Shown: positions 1 to 11,436, numbered from the stretch's first letter. The stretch is DNA of 38,882 nt from an uncultured virus (IMG/VR IMGVR_UViG_2061766007_000286) (IMGVR_UViG_2061766007_000286), one strand, 5' to 3'. Translations and numbers: made by a program. The notes: generated by a model from the letters alone, not told the origin.

Positions 1-3000
1 ACCCGTGACGCACTGGTCCATCAGCATGACGAGATCGTTTTCCTTGAACCTCACGATCGTCCCGTCATGCTTCTTGAATTCATACGCGGCTCTCAGACTG
101 GACACGTTGTCCTTGCAGGAATTCTCCTGTATGACATGCCCCTTTGCGCAGCGGAGGTTCGGGCGATACGGGTCTCTCACGGTGCCCTGTATGCTGAACA
201 TTGTTTCGGAGTCCACCTTTTCGACGACATGTTCGCCGAACATGGGAGAGTCGCCGATTATTATAACGCTGTCTCCAACGGAGAACCCGTGCGGATCGTC
301 CGTTATGACTCGTATGAACCCTTCGTCGTACACGGCCGACTTGACTCGGTTCCCGTAGTAGCTGGACCCATAATTGGACACGGCCTGCCAGTCGACGCCT
401 TCCACGATGTACTTGTACCAGCCCATGCACTTCATTATGCCGCTTCTCTGCACGCTCTTGACTGTGCTGTCGAACGCTGGAACGTTGAAGTATACCGCGC
501 CGTTCTCTGGGGCCGGATACGAAAGAACTTCGAACTTCCCGTTGAACCCGTCTACGAGGCAGTCCTCNNNNNNNNNNGGGAGCAGGGTACGAAAGAACTT
601 CGAACTTCCCGTTGAACCCGTCTACGAGGCAGTCCTCGATGTTTATCTTCTCGCCTGGCATTATACCGTGCTTGGAGTCGTAGAGTTCCGCACACGCGAT
701 CTCGTCGGAATACATGTAGATGTTCTTTATCGTGTAGTTGACGCCCTCGGCGATTCCAGGATTGGCTTCGTTTTCCTCGAACAGATTGCGCTGCGAGTAC
801 AGAACGAAAGAATCCTGCACGCGATCGAGATCGTATACCTTCCATTCCCCGTCTCCGACGATGTACATGGTTCCACCGGCTTCGTTGTCCGGATCGACCA
901 TCATCACGAAGTCGCCGCTTTTCGGCGAATACTCTACATACGCGGCGTCTTCCTTGGTGACGGACGTGACGCCGTTCGGAGCGTTCACGACCAGGACGTT
1001 GTTTTCCCTGTCGGCTTCGACGATCTCGTACACACCGTTTTCGAGTTCTGGCACCCCGGTAAATCCTATTTCATCACCAACTGAAAGACCGTTGTACGTT
1101 CCGGTTGTCACGGTCACGAGTCCGGAACTTATGCTCACGGAGTGTATGGAGCTTCTCGCGACGTTTCTGTATTCGACTGTTCCGGAAGAATAGTTGAACT
1201 CGTTTCCCTCCAGTATGTCATACGAGAACGTTCTTGGGTCGACGACATTTATCACGTGGACGCCGGACGCATCTTCGTTTTCGCACGACACGTCCNNNNN
1301 NNNNNGCCTTTATCACGTGGACGCCGGACGCATCTTCGTTTTCGCACGACACGTCCACGAACATACCGTCTACGAGATTATGGACTTCCACCGTTCTCAG
1401 AGTGACATGCCCGTCGTCGCACGATATGCGGTCGATGTTCATCTTTACGGTCAGATTCACTCCGCTGGTGATCATCTTGGACCCAGTGAACACGTCGGCG
1501 ACTCCCTTTGCGGTGCGGTTCACGATATCGAACTCGGTGTTGCCAGGATAAAGCTCTATGTAACCATGTCTGGTCGTGTCGTTGACGTCCGCGAACGAAG
1601 GGTTGGTCACGAACTCCCGGTCCTTGGTGTTGTATATCAGCCCGACCTGCTTTTCCTTTTGTATATACANNNNNNNNNNGGTGCTCTCTTCCGTGGACGA
1701 TACCACCACACCGTCAAGCCGTATGGACACTTTCGCATCGGATCCGTCTTCTTTAGCAGCAGCGGATATGTCCACTATCCGGTATATCTCGCCGTATTCT
1801 AGCGGGCTCGGCAGGTTGTCGTTTCCCTTGAAGTACACGTAATCACCGGTCGAAAGTCCNNNNNNNNNNGGTTGTCAGATATGTGGTCCTTTATGTCGTT
1901 TGCGTAGTCGATCGTCTCGCCGTAGTCCAGAGACTTGAGACGGTACATGCCGAACATGTACGGATTCGTCTCGGAGACGTATTTTGGAACGACGAGACCG
2001 GAGTCCACCTTCTGGAACACGTCCACATCTCTTGTCGGGTCGAGCGTTTTGCCTATGGATCCGTTTATGACGGAGTACACTGAATACGAACTGCCTGTCG
2101 TCCCGTCATTCACGGCATACCGTTCCCCGACGTATACGTTCTTAATGGATTCATCCCAATGCCGTATGCCAGTTCCATAACCTATGGTTATTGTCTGGTC
2201 GCCGGTAACGTCGTATGCGAGACCTTCGCTAAGCAGGTCTCCGTAATACCTTTCCATTCCGATGTTTCCAGTTTCCATCGGTGTCTCGACATCCACTTCA
2301 TCTATGACGCCACGACCCCACACCTCGTCCTTGTATATGCGGATCGCGACGATGCCACTGGCTTCGTCGGAGANNNNNNNNNNGGTTTCCATCGGTGTCT
2401 CGACATCCACTTCGTCTATGACGCCACGGCCCCACATCTCGTCCTTGTATATGCGGATCGCGACGATGCCACTGGCTTCGTCGGAGAATGTCACGTTGCG
2501 GAGTGTTACCGTGTTTTCGTCCGCGTTCACGGAGTCTACCACGAACACGTTTCCATCGGAGTATCCGTTAGGCGCATGGGAGCCGTCGTCCGCCGCCTCC
2601 ATTGACACCTTGACGCCCTGCTTGAGACCGGTCACGTCGTTCAACTCGATCGTGCCGGTTCCGACCTCGGTGGATACGATGTACTTGTCGATCTTTGTCA
2701 GTTGCGCTGTGCTCTCTTCCGTGGACGATACCACTACTCCGTCAAGTCGTATGGACACCTTCGCATCGGATCCGTCTTCTTTAGCAGCGGCGGATATGTC
2801 CACTATCCTGTATATCTCTCCGTATTCTAGCGGGTTAGGCAGGTTGTCGTTTCCCTTGAAGTACACGTAATCACCGGTCGAAAGTCCGCTTTCGCGTATT
2901 TCCTTCTTGGCGGATTCGACGCTGTCCATGCTTATTGACAGCGACCCGGATCTAGCATCGACGTCCTTGGAGAAATCTATCTTCATTCCACGGTCCGGAT

Positions 3001-4166
3001 TTGCCACGGATATGCGTATGATCTGGTCTCCGACAGATACTTCGTCGTCGCCCGCAATCAGCTTGTATGGAACGCACAGGCGGTTGGCGTTTTTGGAAAC
3101 ACCTTTTCTCGTGTAGAAGAGATGGACAGAGAGAACGTCCGCGTCCTTTACGATGTCGGTGTCGTTCCATTCGCAGCAGAACTCCATGTCCGAAACGACT
3201 TTCGACACGACGTATTCCTTCTCGCGGCCCTTTATGTAGAACCGTTCACCGACACAGAAGTTGTGTGGAACAGCGCTCTTGAACGTCATTATTCCGTGGT
3301 CGTACGAGCACTTCGTCTGTATGGTGTCGACGACGCCGTCGGATGGATCGGAATACGCCGCCTTGTCCTTTATGTAGTCGACGCTCTTTCCTTCAAGATC
3401 TCTGAAGTAGAACATCGAACCGCCCTCGGTGTCTCCGTTCCATTCGAAGTCAGCGCACCCGTCGATGAATTCGATGGCGTACTTGGACGAATACTTCCTG
3501 GAGTCGGGAACGTCTATCGTGTCGTAATAGTCTATCAGAGAATTGGAGTCTTCGTCTCCGGAAAGCGCGACCGACTGGGCCGACGGAACACTCTCTATAC
3601 CGCTTATCCTTGCGTCGAANNNNNNNNNNNNNNNNNNNNNNNNNNNNNNNNNNNNNNNNNNNNNNNNNNNNNNNNNNNNNNNNNNNNNNNNNNNNNNNNN
3701 NNNNNNNNNNNNNTCCCTCTTCTCCGGGCTCTGTGAACTCTATGTAGAACAGGTCACCGTTCAGCTTCGTGTTCGACATTATCACCGAAGGTGAAAGATT
3801 TTCGAGTCGGCCTCCATACACTATCTTTTCCCTTATGACCGGCGCCTCTGGATGATACCTGTTGCCCTGCGGTTTCGACAGCAGAATCACCGGAACTGAG
3901 TACTCTTCCGCGCTGGAGAACAATCTGCGAAGCTTCTCGGCCCTGCGCTCGGTTTCGCCCAGCGTGGCGTCGGTCGCGACAAACTTGAACGAAAACGTGT
4001 CGACCGTCGTCGTGTTCCTGTACGCGTTGTTCAGGTAGTCGGAGAACACCTGGAGAAGCTCGATGATGTCTCCCTCGCTTCTCATGAACTCGGGAACGTA
4101 CGACACGTAGTCGAGGAAATACCCGGTTCCCTTGGTGTTGTGTATTGTCCTGGTAAAGGTTGCCAT
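1..4166 (-). CDS. Large baseplate wedge/tail-associated protein (T4 gp7-like position) with repeated beta domains; broken by gaps and running off the window edge
   Basis: ATG at 4166 with SD (AGGAG) immediately after gp6. N-terminus YVSYVPEFMRSEGDIIELLQVFSDYL resembles baseplate wedge N-termini. ORF pieces 3450-4166, 1799-3415, 1218-1838, 80-1291 and 1-567 join across gaps. Repeated (H)GLxxGDxVxI motifs. Confidence 0.65.
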
Positions 4167-4175
4167 CTACTTCTC

Positions 4176-7093
4176 CTAGGACGACAGCGAGTTGTCGGTC
4201 TGCACCTTCACGCTTATGTCGGAGGCGTCTATCCGGAACTGGCAGATTTCGTTTTCACCCGTGTACTTGGATATGTTCCCGTTTTCGTCTATCATGTTGT
4301 ACGCCGAGCGGTACTTCAGCACGTTTCTCACAAGCTTTATGTACTCGATCGCGTAGATCAGGTAGTTGTACAGGTAGTTGGAGGAATCTTCCGAGAGGTT
4401 CCGGATGACGGTGGTGTCCTTGAACGACAGAGAGCGGTCGTCCATGTCCCATCCCTTCACGGCGTCTATTAGAGCATACAGCGCGGAGCTTCTGGTGGAG
4501 CTGCCCGTCAGAAGCTCTTCTCTGTACGCGTTGTAGATCGGCGTGTATATGTTGCGCATGACGCGGTCCCATATGAACGCGACGAAGTTGTTTATGTCGC
4601 ACTCGCGCACGCTTTCCTTCGGAAGAGTCGTCCCGTTTGACGCCTGTATGTACGTCCTGTAGTATCCGAGTATGGCGTCCTTCGTTTCGGTCTGGTCACC
4701 AACGTCGAGCATGAATACGTTGTCGGACGACACAGATTCACCGCCGTCGGCGTTTCCGTACACGTAGTCGAACGTGAGCTTGGTCGAGAACCCGTCCATG
4801 TTGATGTAGTTCTGCTCAATGAACTCGGCCGTGTCGTTGCCGAGCCACGTTAGATTGGCGAGGCTCAGATTGGAGTAGTCGTTTTCCTTCGGAGCTATCT
4901 TCAGATCGACGCCCATCACTTCCGGCATCTTCTGTATTATGCTGGCCAGCCTGGACTTGAACACAGGAGTCGCAAAGTCCGTGTTGTCGGTGAGATACTC
5001 GTAGATTCCGTTNNNNNNNNNNTACAGGAGTCGCGAAGTCCGTGTTGTCGGTGAGATACTCGTAGATTCCGTTCTTGATGCGGGTCTTGATGTCGTTGAA
5101 GTTCTGCCCCTTGTAGAGGGTAACGTCCACCTTGGTCGTGAACTCGTGGACGACCGGAGGAGTGTACACGTGATATCCGCCACCAAGAGTGACGTATCCG
5201 CGGCGATTCAGCATCTTGTCGATTATCTCGAGTTCGGATCCGGTCTCGATGAAATCGGATGGAGCCAGCTGCGCGGTGAACACGCTGCTCGGAAGAGTCG
5301 CCGATATGTCGGATTCCCCTGCGCTTACGAACTTCTTCACGAATATGCCCGGATCGATGGCGTTCCCCTCCGAGTCCGTTATCTTTACACCGGACTTCTC
5401 TATCGACCCGACGATATCGTCAAACGCCTTGACGTTCACATACGAGTCGTGGGCTTCCTTCAGCTCCTGGTAGTCGTACTGCCAGGCGTACACGAGTCCG
5501 TTCACCTTGTATCCAGAGATGTGGTATTCGCTCGCGTCGATCGGATAATACGTGTTGTCCTTCTTGCGATACAGGTCGCGCACCATCGAATAGCGCACCA
5601 TGTTGCAATACTTGACCTGCCGAGGATATTCGTTGTCGGCGAGTCCCCTGGCGATGCAGGCGATACGATGGAGCAGCTCTTCTCCGAACGCGGTGGCATA
5701 CTTTGCCCCGCTGTATCTCTTGAGGAACACGATGTACGACTCTCTGGTGCAGAGCGAGTCCATCGTCGCATACACCTTCGGTGCGTTCTGCTTTATGGAC
5801 TCGTTTGACTCGATGTTCTGGCCGCCGCGGATGTCGGTCAGCAGGCCGATGTTGAGATCGTTGATGTTTATGTCGCTTTCGGACCCATCTTCCTGGGTTA
5901 TCAGTATACCGTTGCTGGACGGTTCGAGGGTCTTCCCCGCGACATTGAGGCGGTTGCCGTTTTCCCCGTTTGTGGAGAAGTACTTTATCGTAACGGTTCC
6001 GTATGGGATCGCGGCGTTGATGCCGTCGCCGAAATTGAGGCGGATGTTGCCGTCGTTGGCGGTTTCAAGGAGAACGGTGTAGTTGTTGGACTTGTTGTTT
6101 CCATTGACGAAAGCGTCTATGTCGCTCTCACCGTTGTCGTTCGCCGGGTCGTAGAAACCGCGTCTAGAGACTCTCCAATAGATCTTTCCGTCCACGGAGT
6201 CTTCAGGATTAAAACCATCCACAAGGGATGCATCCGATGACACGGTTGTGTAACGTGTCGCGCGCTTGGCGAACGTGTCGTCCTCGCTGTAATTGGGATC
6301 GCCATCGCCGAAGTAGTCGGAGAACGTGCGGTTCTTGACGATGTATTCCTGGTTCTGCTCGCCGTTGGAGAAATACGTGGTGTAGTTGAACTGCCCCTCT
6401 ATTAGCACCGCTCTTCCGTTCACCAGCGTCATGAGACCGGTCTGCGCGGTGTCGTCAGCGCGTCTGTACACGAACTCGCAGTCGTCTACGGCGGTGAGGA
6501 TCGATCCAGAAATCGAGAACAGAGTGCCCGCCGACACATGNNNNNNNNNNTTTGACAATGTATTCCTGGTTCTGCTCGCCGTTGGAGAAATACGTTGTGT
6601 AGTTGAACTGTCCTTCGATAAGCACCGCTCTGCCGTTCACCAGCGTCATGAGGCCGGTCTGCGCGGTGTCGTCGGCGCGTCTGTACACGAACTCGCAGTC
6701 GTCTACAGCGGTGAGGATCGATCCAGAAATCGAGAACAGAGTGCCCGCCGACACATGGACGCGCACCGTCGGATACGTCCCCGTTCTCTTGAGAGACATG
6801 CCATACATGGCCTTTGCCGGAATTGGCCGGCGGATGCTGTATCCAAGAGAGCGAGCCCCCGAATAAATCGCTTCCTTTGTCTGCGCACTGGAGAGGAATG
6901 ATTCCGAGAACGCCTGCTCTATCCATGTCGCGGATAGGTCGGCCGTGCCTGAGAATATGTCGAGAAGAGTTCTGCCATAAGAGGATTCACTGAAGTCAGC
7001 AAGAGGTCCTGATTTTGACTTCAGGATCTTCTCCATGTCCCGGATTATTTCGTCATAATTCAGCCTTGTATACTTACGGTCTGTTGTACTCAC
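4176..7093 (-). CDS. gp6: Baseplate wedge subunit, T4 gp6 / baseplate J-like (split by two gaps with duplicated flanks)
   Basis: N-terminus LNYDEII..DFSESSYGRTLLDIF..ESFLSSAQ..ARSLGY. Internal FGDGINAAIP..Y..TNGENGN and GGQNIESNESIKQNAPKVY motifs are typical of gp6. Confidence 0.88.
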
Positions 7094-7125
7094 GGCGGAT
7101 CCACTATGCTGCGATATCTAGCAAT

Positions 7126-7133
7126 AGTTTATA
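7126..7133 (-). promoter_or_regulatory. Late-promoter-like TATAAACT upstream of gp6
   Basis: Motif about 33 nt before the GTG start; recurs before many structural genes. Confidence 0.7.
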
Positions 7134-7165
7134 CAACGCCGTGAAATTAGCCTAGTTGACGCCTG

Positions 7166-7774
7166 TCACTCATTGCTATGATATGCGTCGTACATTTCTT
7201 TCAAAGCCTTCCAATCAGTAGCATCGTTGCAATCGTTTTCCATAAGGTATTTAATGTTGATGTCGTACTGCCCAGGAAACTCCGAAAACTCGCGCACCAT
7301 TCTCTTCAGACCCCTATAACATAGATACGCCGGACTAGCTTTACCGCTGATGGAAATGGACGGGACGTCTTCCGGAAAAAGCTCACAATCCACTTTCACG
7401 CCGAACATTTTATCAACAACCGATTTCGTCAATTGGATGAAATACGGAATTCTCACCACCCTGTAACCAAGCCGTTCATACGTCTCAACATTTTTGGCAT
7501 CTCGCACACAAGCACAAGGATCGATGTAATGATTGATACCATCGAACTCAACAATCAGTTTTAGAGTTTCGCTCCTGTAGTCGGGTCTGGTCATTACCTT
7601 TTTGTCATCTAAAACCGCACCAGGAATAACTTTGTCGTGTACCCAGTCAGTCACGTTCGGGAAGATGACACCGAGATATTCATTCAACCCAGTGCGCTTG
7701 ATATTAAACTCCTTGTCCAAGCCATCTTTTTCCGCGGCTTCAGAAGTCTCTCTTAAAAATCCAAATTCACTCAT
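7166..7774 (-). CDS. DUF559/Vsr-like PD-(D/E)xK endonuclease
   Basis: RPDY..LKLIVEFDGINHY..RD..Y..LGYRVVRIPY motif. Likely start MSEFGFLRET (ATG 7774) overlaps the upstream stop (ATGAGTGA). Confidence 0.72.
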   Translation of the reverse strand: MSEFGFLRETSEAAEKDGLDKEFNIKRTGLNEYLGVIFPNVTDWVHDKVIPGAVLDDKKVMTRPDYRSETLKLIVEFDGINHYIDPCACVRDAKNVETYERLGYRVVRIPYFIQLTKSVVDKMFGVKVDCELFPEDVPSISISGKASPAYLCYRGLKRMVREFSEFPGQYDINIKYLMENDCNDATDWKALKEMYDAYHSNE

Positions 7775-8351
7775 GATCGCCTTCTTCGCTTTTGAGTTGT
7801 TCCCCTTCATTGTCGGCATACTTGTCCTTGTTTTTTAGACAATACTGATACGGCACACCGATGCGCTTCATATTGCACTCTCTCAAATGCTTCTGAAACT
7901 CTTCGGTGGCCGCGTAGCTGGTCTTGCCGTAACGCTCGAGATTGGTTTTCTTCACCTCGTCGGCATATCCAGAGGTCTGTGAATAGAAATCTACCCCATA
8001 GCGCTCATTCATGGTTTTCTTCCTAGCTTCCTTCACGGACTCAAGCTCGGCGCAATTCGACACACCATATTCCTTCATCATGGTTTTTCTGCATGCCTCA
8101 ATCTTGGCAGCGTTGAGTTCTGGATTCTCTTTGATATACACCGCACTGCACTTGCGAGAGCAGAATTGATTATAGCCCTTGCCAAACCCCTTGAACACGG
8201 TCGGTTTGCCACACTGTTTGCAAACATCGTCCCCAACATTTTTGACATATTTGTCAAAGTAGTCCTTTGGGGACATGTTGTGAGTCTTGAGGATATGCGT
8301 GCACATAGGGTGTGCCTTACTGAATTCTTTGTGGCAAATTTGACATTCCAT
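7767..8351 (-). CDS. Zinc-finger and (K/R)YG-repeat DNA-binding protein resembling the N-terminal part of phage homing endonucleases
   Basis: CQIC..H..H C2H2-like finger and CKQC..FCSRKC ribbon, followed by repeats KTMMKEYGV, KTMNERYGV, KTNLERYGK, CNMKRIGV. Strong SD (AAGGAG). Confidence 0.7.
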   Translation of the reverse strand: MECQICHKEFSKAHPMCTHILKTHNMSPKDYFDKYVKNVGDDVCKQCGKPTVFKGFGKGYNQFCSRKCSAVYIKENPELNAAKIEACRKTMMKEYGVSNCAELESVKEARKKTMNERYGVDFYSQTSGYADEVKKTNLERYGKTSYAATEEFQKHLRECNMKRIGVPYQYCLKNKDKYADNEGEQLKSEEGDHE

Positions 8352-8375
8352 TATGTCTTCTCCTTATCTTCTAGC

Positions 8376-8397
8376 TATAATATAGTATTTTTTGAGG
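8376..8397 (-). promoter_or_regulatory. Promoter-like element CCTCAAAAAATACTATATTATA
   Basis: Identical 22-mer at 36319-36340 (+) upstream of uvsW; core also recurs elsewhere. Confidence 0.65.
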
Positions 8398-8431
8398 TGC
8401 TTGATACAGGAAAAATCACATTTTTGAAAAT

Positions 8432-8460
8432 AAAAAGAGGAGACCGTTGCCGGTCTCCTC
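8432..8460 (-). terminator. Rho-independent terminator of gp23
   Basis: 10-bp stem GAGGAGACCG/CGGTCTCCTC, GCAA tetraloop and U-tract on the minus strand, just after the gp23 stop. Confidence 0.88.
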
Positions 8461-8484
8461 TCCTTTTCTCCGTCAGTCTATTGA

Positions 8485-9999
8485 CTAGACTTCGACTTCG
8501 GCGTCGGCGTCAGTGTCGCCTTCGACAGAGGGCTGCCAAGTGTCAGTCTTCTTGTCGACACCACCGATCTTGGGCTGACCAACGTTGACGTTGCCAGACA
8601 CCGTCATGGTGGCACCAGGGTTGAAGGACGCGTCACCATAGGAGATGCCAGAGGCTTCCCAAGGATTGGCGGTGCTACCGTAGGCGATCACCTTATCAGA
8701 ATTGGTGAAGACCACCATTCTGTAGAACTGACCAGCGCCAAGCAGGTTGGCCACGACGGCGTAACGAGACTTGACGATCAGACGAGGAGACCCGTCTTCC
8801 TGTCCGGCCGTCTTCGTGAAGATATAAGGAATATAAGGCATGAAGATGATACCAGCTTCACCCATACGAGCTCCCTTATAACCGACGAGAGCGTAGTCTT
8901 CTTCGGCATACACGTCGCGGTAGACCTTGATCATACCGGCATTCAGGGTACCGACTTCGGTGATGCAGCCATCAGCGTAGCCGTTGACAGCAGTTCCGAG
9001 GTAACCGGAAGGCTGATACAGACCGTTGTTCAGAGTGGTGATCGCAGCCAGGATAGCGGGCGAAACGATCGCGAAGTTACCGGCACCCATACGAGTGGTA
9101 ACGGCAACCTTCTGAGAGAGGGCGAGAATGGTATTGACCACACCGCCAGCGATGCGTTCACCAGCCCAACGACCGTCAGAAGGACCAAATTCTGTGCTCT
9201 GGTCGAGGTTGACCTGGATAGGAGCTTCGCCACCGAGACCGGCCTTGGTAGAAACCCACTTCATGTCTTCGAGGATTTCACGGTCGATTTCCTGCTGGAT
9301 TTCGAACTGGAGAGCTTCGAGGAGGTTGGCTTCAACGTCCTGACCATGGAGAGCGGCCATGTCCTGCTGCAGTTCAAGGGTGTACTGGGACTTGATGGCG
9401 CGAGTCTGAGCCATGGCAGTACCACGAATCACCTTGATAGAAGCAGTCTTGATGCGATGACCACCGAGTTCGGGAGGATTGGCACCCCAAGCTTCGGGAC
9501 CGGCATAGGTGTGAAGCTCGTGATGAGGAGCATCAGCACTATCGGGGTCGTTGGATTCCATGAAGTTCGAAAGATATTCACCTTCCGAAGTGCTCCATGC
9601 ACCAGGACCCTTGCCGGTGTAGTCGCGGTCGAGGTCGTAGCCGATTTCCTTCTTTTCGCCGTAGCGGAAGGCGCTCTTCTTCTTGGCGCTATAGTCGTAC
9701 AGATAACGCATAGCGAAGTAGACGCCAACCGGAGTCGTCATAGGAATGACGGCGACGGTGTTCATCGCGAGCAGTTCGGGGAACTGACGACGGATGAGGG
9801 GAAGGGCGTACTGCTGATAGACAGCGACGTCGGATGTAACGTTAGCGGACTCGGGGAGGAAGCCATTGTTCAGCTTTGCCTGGTTTTCAAACAAAGTAGA
9901 AAGAACCATAGCCTGTCCCTGACTCTTCACAGGAGCACCCATGGTGTTCTTGAGAAGAGGAGACCACTTGTTGATAAGGCTCTTGCCTGCAGTATTCAT
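8485..9999 (-). CDS. gp23: Major capsid protein, T4 gp23-like
   Basis: LINKWSPLL, LPLIRRQFPELLA..V.PMTTPVG..FAMRY, TRAIKSQYTLELQQD..A.HG.D.E..L..EIQQEIDREI, GYKG..EAGIIFMPYIP, PR....SRY. Confidence 0.96.
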   Translation of the reverse strand: MNTAGKSLINKWSPLLKNTMGAPVKSQGQAMVLSTLFENQAKLNNGFLPESANVTSDVAVYQQYALPLIRRQFPELLAMNTVAVIPMTTPVGVYFAMRYLYDYSAKKKSAFRYGEKKEIGYDLDRDYTGKGPGAWSTSEGEYLSNFMESNDPDSADAPHHELHTYAGPEAWGANPPELGGHRIKTASIKVIRGTAMAQTRAIKSQYTLELQQDMAALHGQDVEANLLEALQFEIQQEIDREILEDMKWVSTKAGLGGEAPIQVNLDQSTEFGPSDGRWAGERIAGGVVNTILALSQKVAVTTRMGAGNFAIVSPAILAAITTLNNGLYQPSGYLGTAVNGYADGCITEVGTLNAGMIKVYRDVYAEEDYALVGYKGARMGEAGIIFMPYIPYIFTKTAGQEDGSPRLIVKSRYAVVANLLGAGQFYRMVVFTNSDKVIAYGSTANPWEASGISYGDASFNPGATMTVSGNVNVGQPKIGGVDKKTDTWQPSVEGDTDADAEVEV

Positions 10000-10050
10000 A
10001 TGATTACCTCTGTGGTTGTTGAACCAAAACTATTTTGGTTACTCAGTATT

Positions 10051-10058
10051 TGTTTATT
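10051..10058 (-). promoter_or_regulatory. Late-promoter-like AATAAACA upstream of gp23, followed by a 5' hairpin (10022-10040)
   Basis: One-mismatch variant of the TATAAAC(T/A) motif; stem AACCAAAA/TTTTGGTT lies between it and the RBS. Confidence 0.5.
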
Positions 10059-10097
10059 TTAAAGATTCCCCAAAATTTCCAAAAAAGCCCTACATAA

Positions 10098-10120
10098 GAA
10101 AAAGACCCCAAAAAGGGGTC
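10098..10120 (-). terminator. Probable terminator after the 10155-10406 gene
   Basis: GACCCC/GGGGTC stem followed by TTTTTC on the minus strand. Confidence 0.6.
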
Positions 10121-10154
10121 ATTTTCATGCCATTGTGTTCACTACAATGGAAAA

Positions 10155-10406
10155 TCACCATGGTTCGGTGCTTGTTCTACCAGGCGTATAGTGCATTCCG
10201 GCCTTGTATCCTATCTTCGCGCGCTCGCTCCGTTCGATGAGCTCTTTAGGCAGCGTCTGCGTGAAGTATTCGGAGTTGCTGGTGTTCCCGGATATGCACA
10301 TGCCAGGCATCCGGTTGGAGATGTTCTGTCCGAAGCGCTTCCGGTTGTTGTCGTCGGATCCGACGGCCTGTGTTATGCTTGGCGTGTTTATGTTTGGACC
10401 TGGCAT
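10155..10406 (-). CDS. Hypothetical protein (83 aa), late operon
   Basis: ORF with SD GGAGGTGA, directly after the gp53-like gene. Confidence 0.65.
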   Translation of the reverse strand: MPGPNINTPSITQAVGSDDNNRKRFGQNISNRMPGMCISGNTSNSEYFTQTLPKELIERSERAKIGYKAGMHYTPGRTSTEPW

Positions 10407-10416
10407 CTCTCACCTC

Positions 10417-10866
10417 CTATTCGTTGGCTTCCTCGGCGCCTTCGTCACCCCACCCATACATCTGCATCCACCTGGTGGCGCTTTCCAGCGTCGGTATCAT
10501 CAGATATCTCCCTGCATAGACATCCGAAGCGAATCCCTCGTACGTGTCGAAGTAGTTTTTCCACGTATATTCGCTCATTTCCATGTTTCTGACGATGTCG
10601 GACGTTTCCCCGTCCAATATGGTTCCACGAAGGCCGTCTCTGTATAGTTCGTTCCTTACGGCCTGCGCGACAGGACGGACGCCATATCTCGTTCCGACCA
10701 TCTTCCTGAGGTTGTTAGCTGCCGCGATCGCCTTGTAATACATAGGCTGGCCAAACAGTTCCTCGGCTATTAGGTCGAGTCTCCCGGAGTATTTGTTTGG
10801 AACCAGGTACATGTCCGGGCGTATCTGGAACTCGTATTCTCTGAATCTTGGAAACTTGGAAAGCAT
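10417..10866 (-). CDS. gp53: Baseplate wedge protein, T4 gp53-like (LysM-like fold)
   Basis: GRLDLIAEELFGQPMYYKAIAAANNL and C-terminal G..L.IP motifs. Confidence 0.7.
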   Translation of the reverse strand: MLSKFPRFREYEFQIRPDMYLVPNKYSGRLDLIAEELFGQPMYYKAIAAANNLRKMVGTRYGVRPVAQAVRNELYRDGLRGTILDGETSDIVRNMEMSEYTWKNYFDTYEGFASDVYAGRYLMIPTLESATRWMQMYGWGDEGAEEANE

Positions 10867-10876
10867 GTTTCACCGC

Positions 10877-11398
10877 CTATGCCATGGTAACCGACTGGCG
10901 GATGTACACTAGGAAAGTGGTTTCATCTATGGCGTTCCCGACAAGCTGGGACACGAGTCCGGCTTCCGGGTCTCTCGTTGCGTATCCGGTCTGATTGAGG
11001 AAGTAGTATTTCCCTGGTTCAAGTCCTTCCATGCCGGTCACTATTCCGCACATGACCACATCGACGAGACCGCCTTCTTCGGCCTGGTTCAGTGCCATAC
11101 CTACTGTGCGTTCGGAAATGCTGGGGTTGAGGGAAGAGGCGACACAAATCGATCCTTCCGGGTTCACGAACACGAACTGGAACTTCTCTATGTGGTGGTA
11201 CGCCTTGAATGTCGCCTTTATGCAGTGCAGAGACTTCGCCTGCGCGACGATTTCCTTGGCTGTCTTCAGGTTTACGGCGTCCGTGTCGTTTACAGGATCG
11301 CCGAGAGAGGTAATTCTGTTTCCACCCATCGACTGGTCGGCCGTGAAAGCCACGGAGCCGTCGTTGCGTATGTATGACTGATTGGCGGTTTTGGCCAT
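10877..11398 (-). CDS. Virion decoration/fibre-like protein: YadA-stalk-like motif plus capsid-cement (DUF2190-like) domain
   Basis: Probable start MAKTANQ at 11398, after the late motif. RITSLGDPVNDTDAVN stalk motif; VGMA..A..GG.VDV...G.V...GLEPGKYYFL..G domain. Confidence 0.6.
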   Translation of the reverse strand: MAKTANQSYIRNDGSVAFTADQSMGGNRITSLGDPVNDTDAVNLKTAKEIVAQAKSLHCIKATFKAYHHIEKFQFVFVNPEGSICVASSLNPSISERTVGMALNQAEEGGLVDVVMCGIVTGMEGLEPGKYYFLNQTGYATRDPEAGLVSQLVGNAIDETTFLVYIRQSVTMA

Positions 11399-11424
11399 GT
11401 TCGCGACCTGGGTGATTCGGTAAT

Positions 11425-11436
11425 AGTTTATAAACT
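11425..11436. promoter_or_regulatory. Palindromic bidirectional late-promoter-like element AGTTTATAAACT
   Basis: Reads TATAAACT on both strands between divergent genes starting at 11398 (-) and 11478 (+). Confidence 0.72.

Noticed and set aside
520..6760. Apparent tandem duplications and frameshifts in the baseplate genes
   Set aside because: All coincide with 10-N gaps and look like allelic overlaps, so they are not real repeats or pseudogenes.
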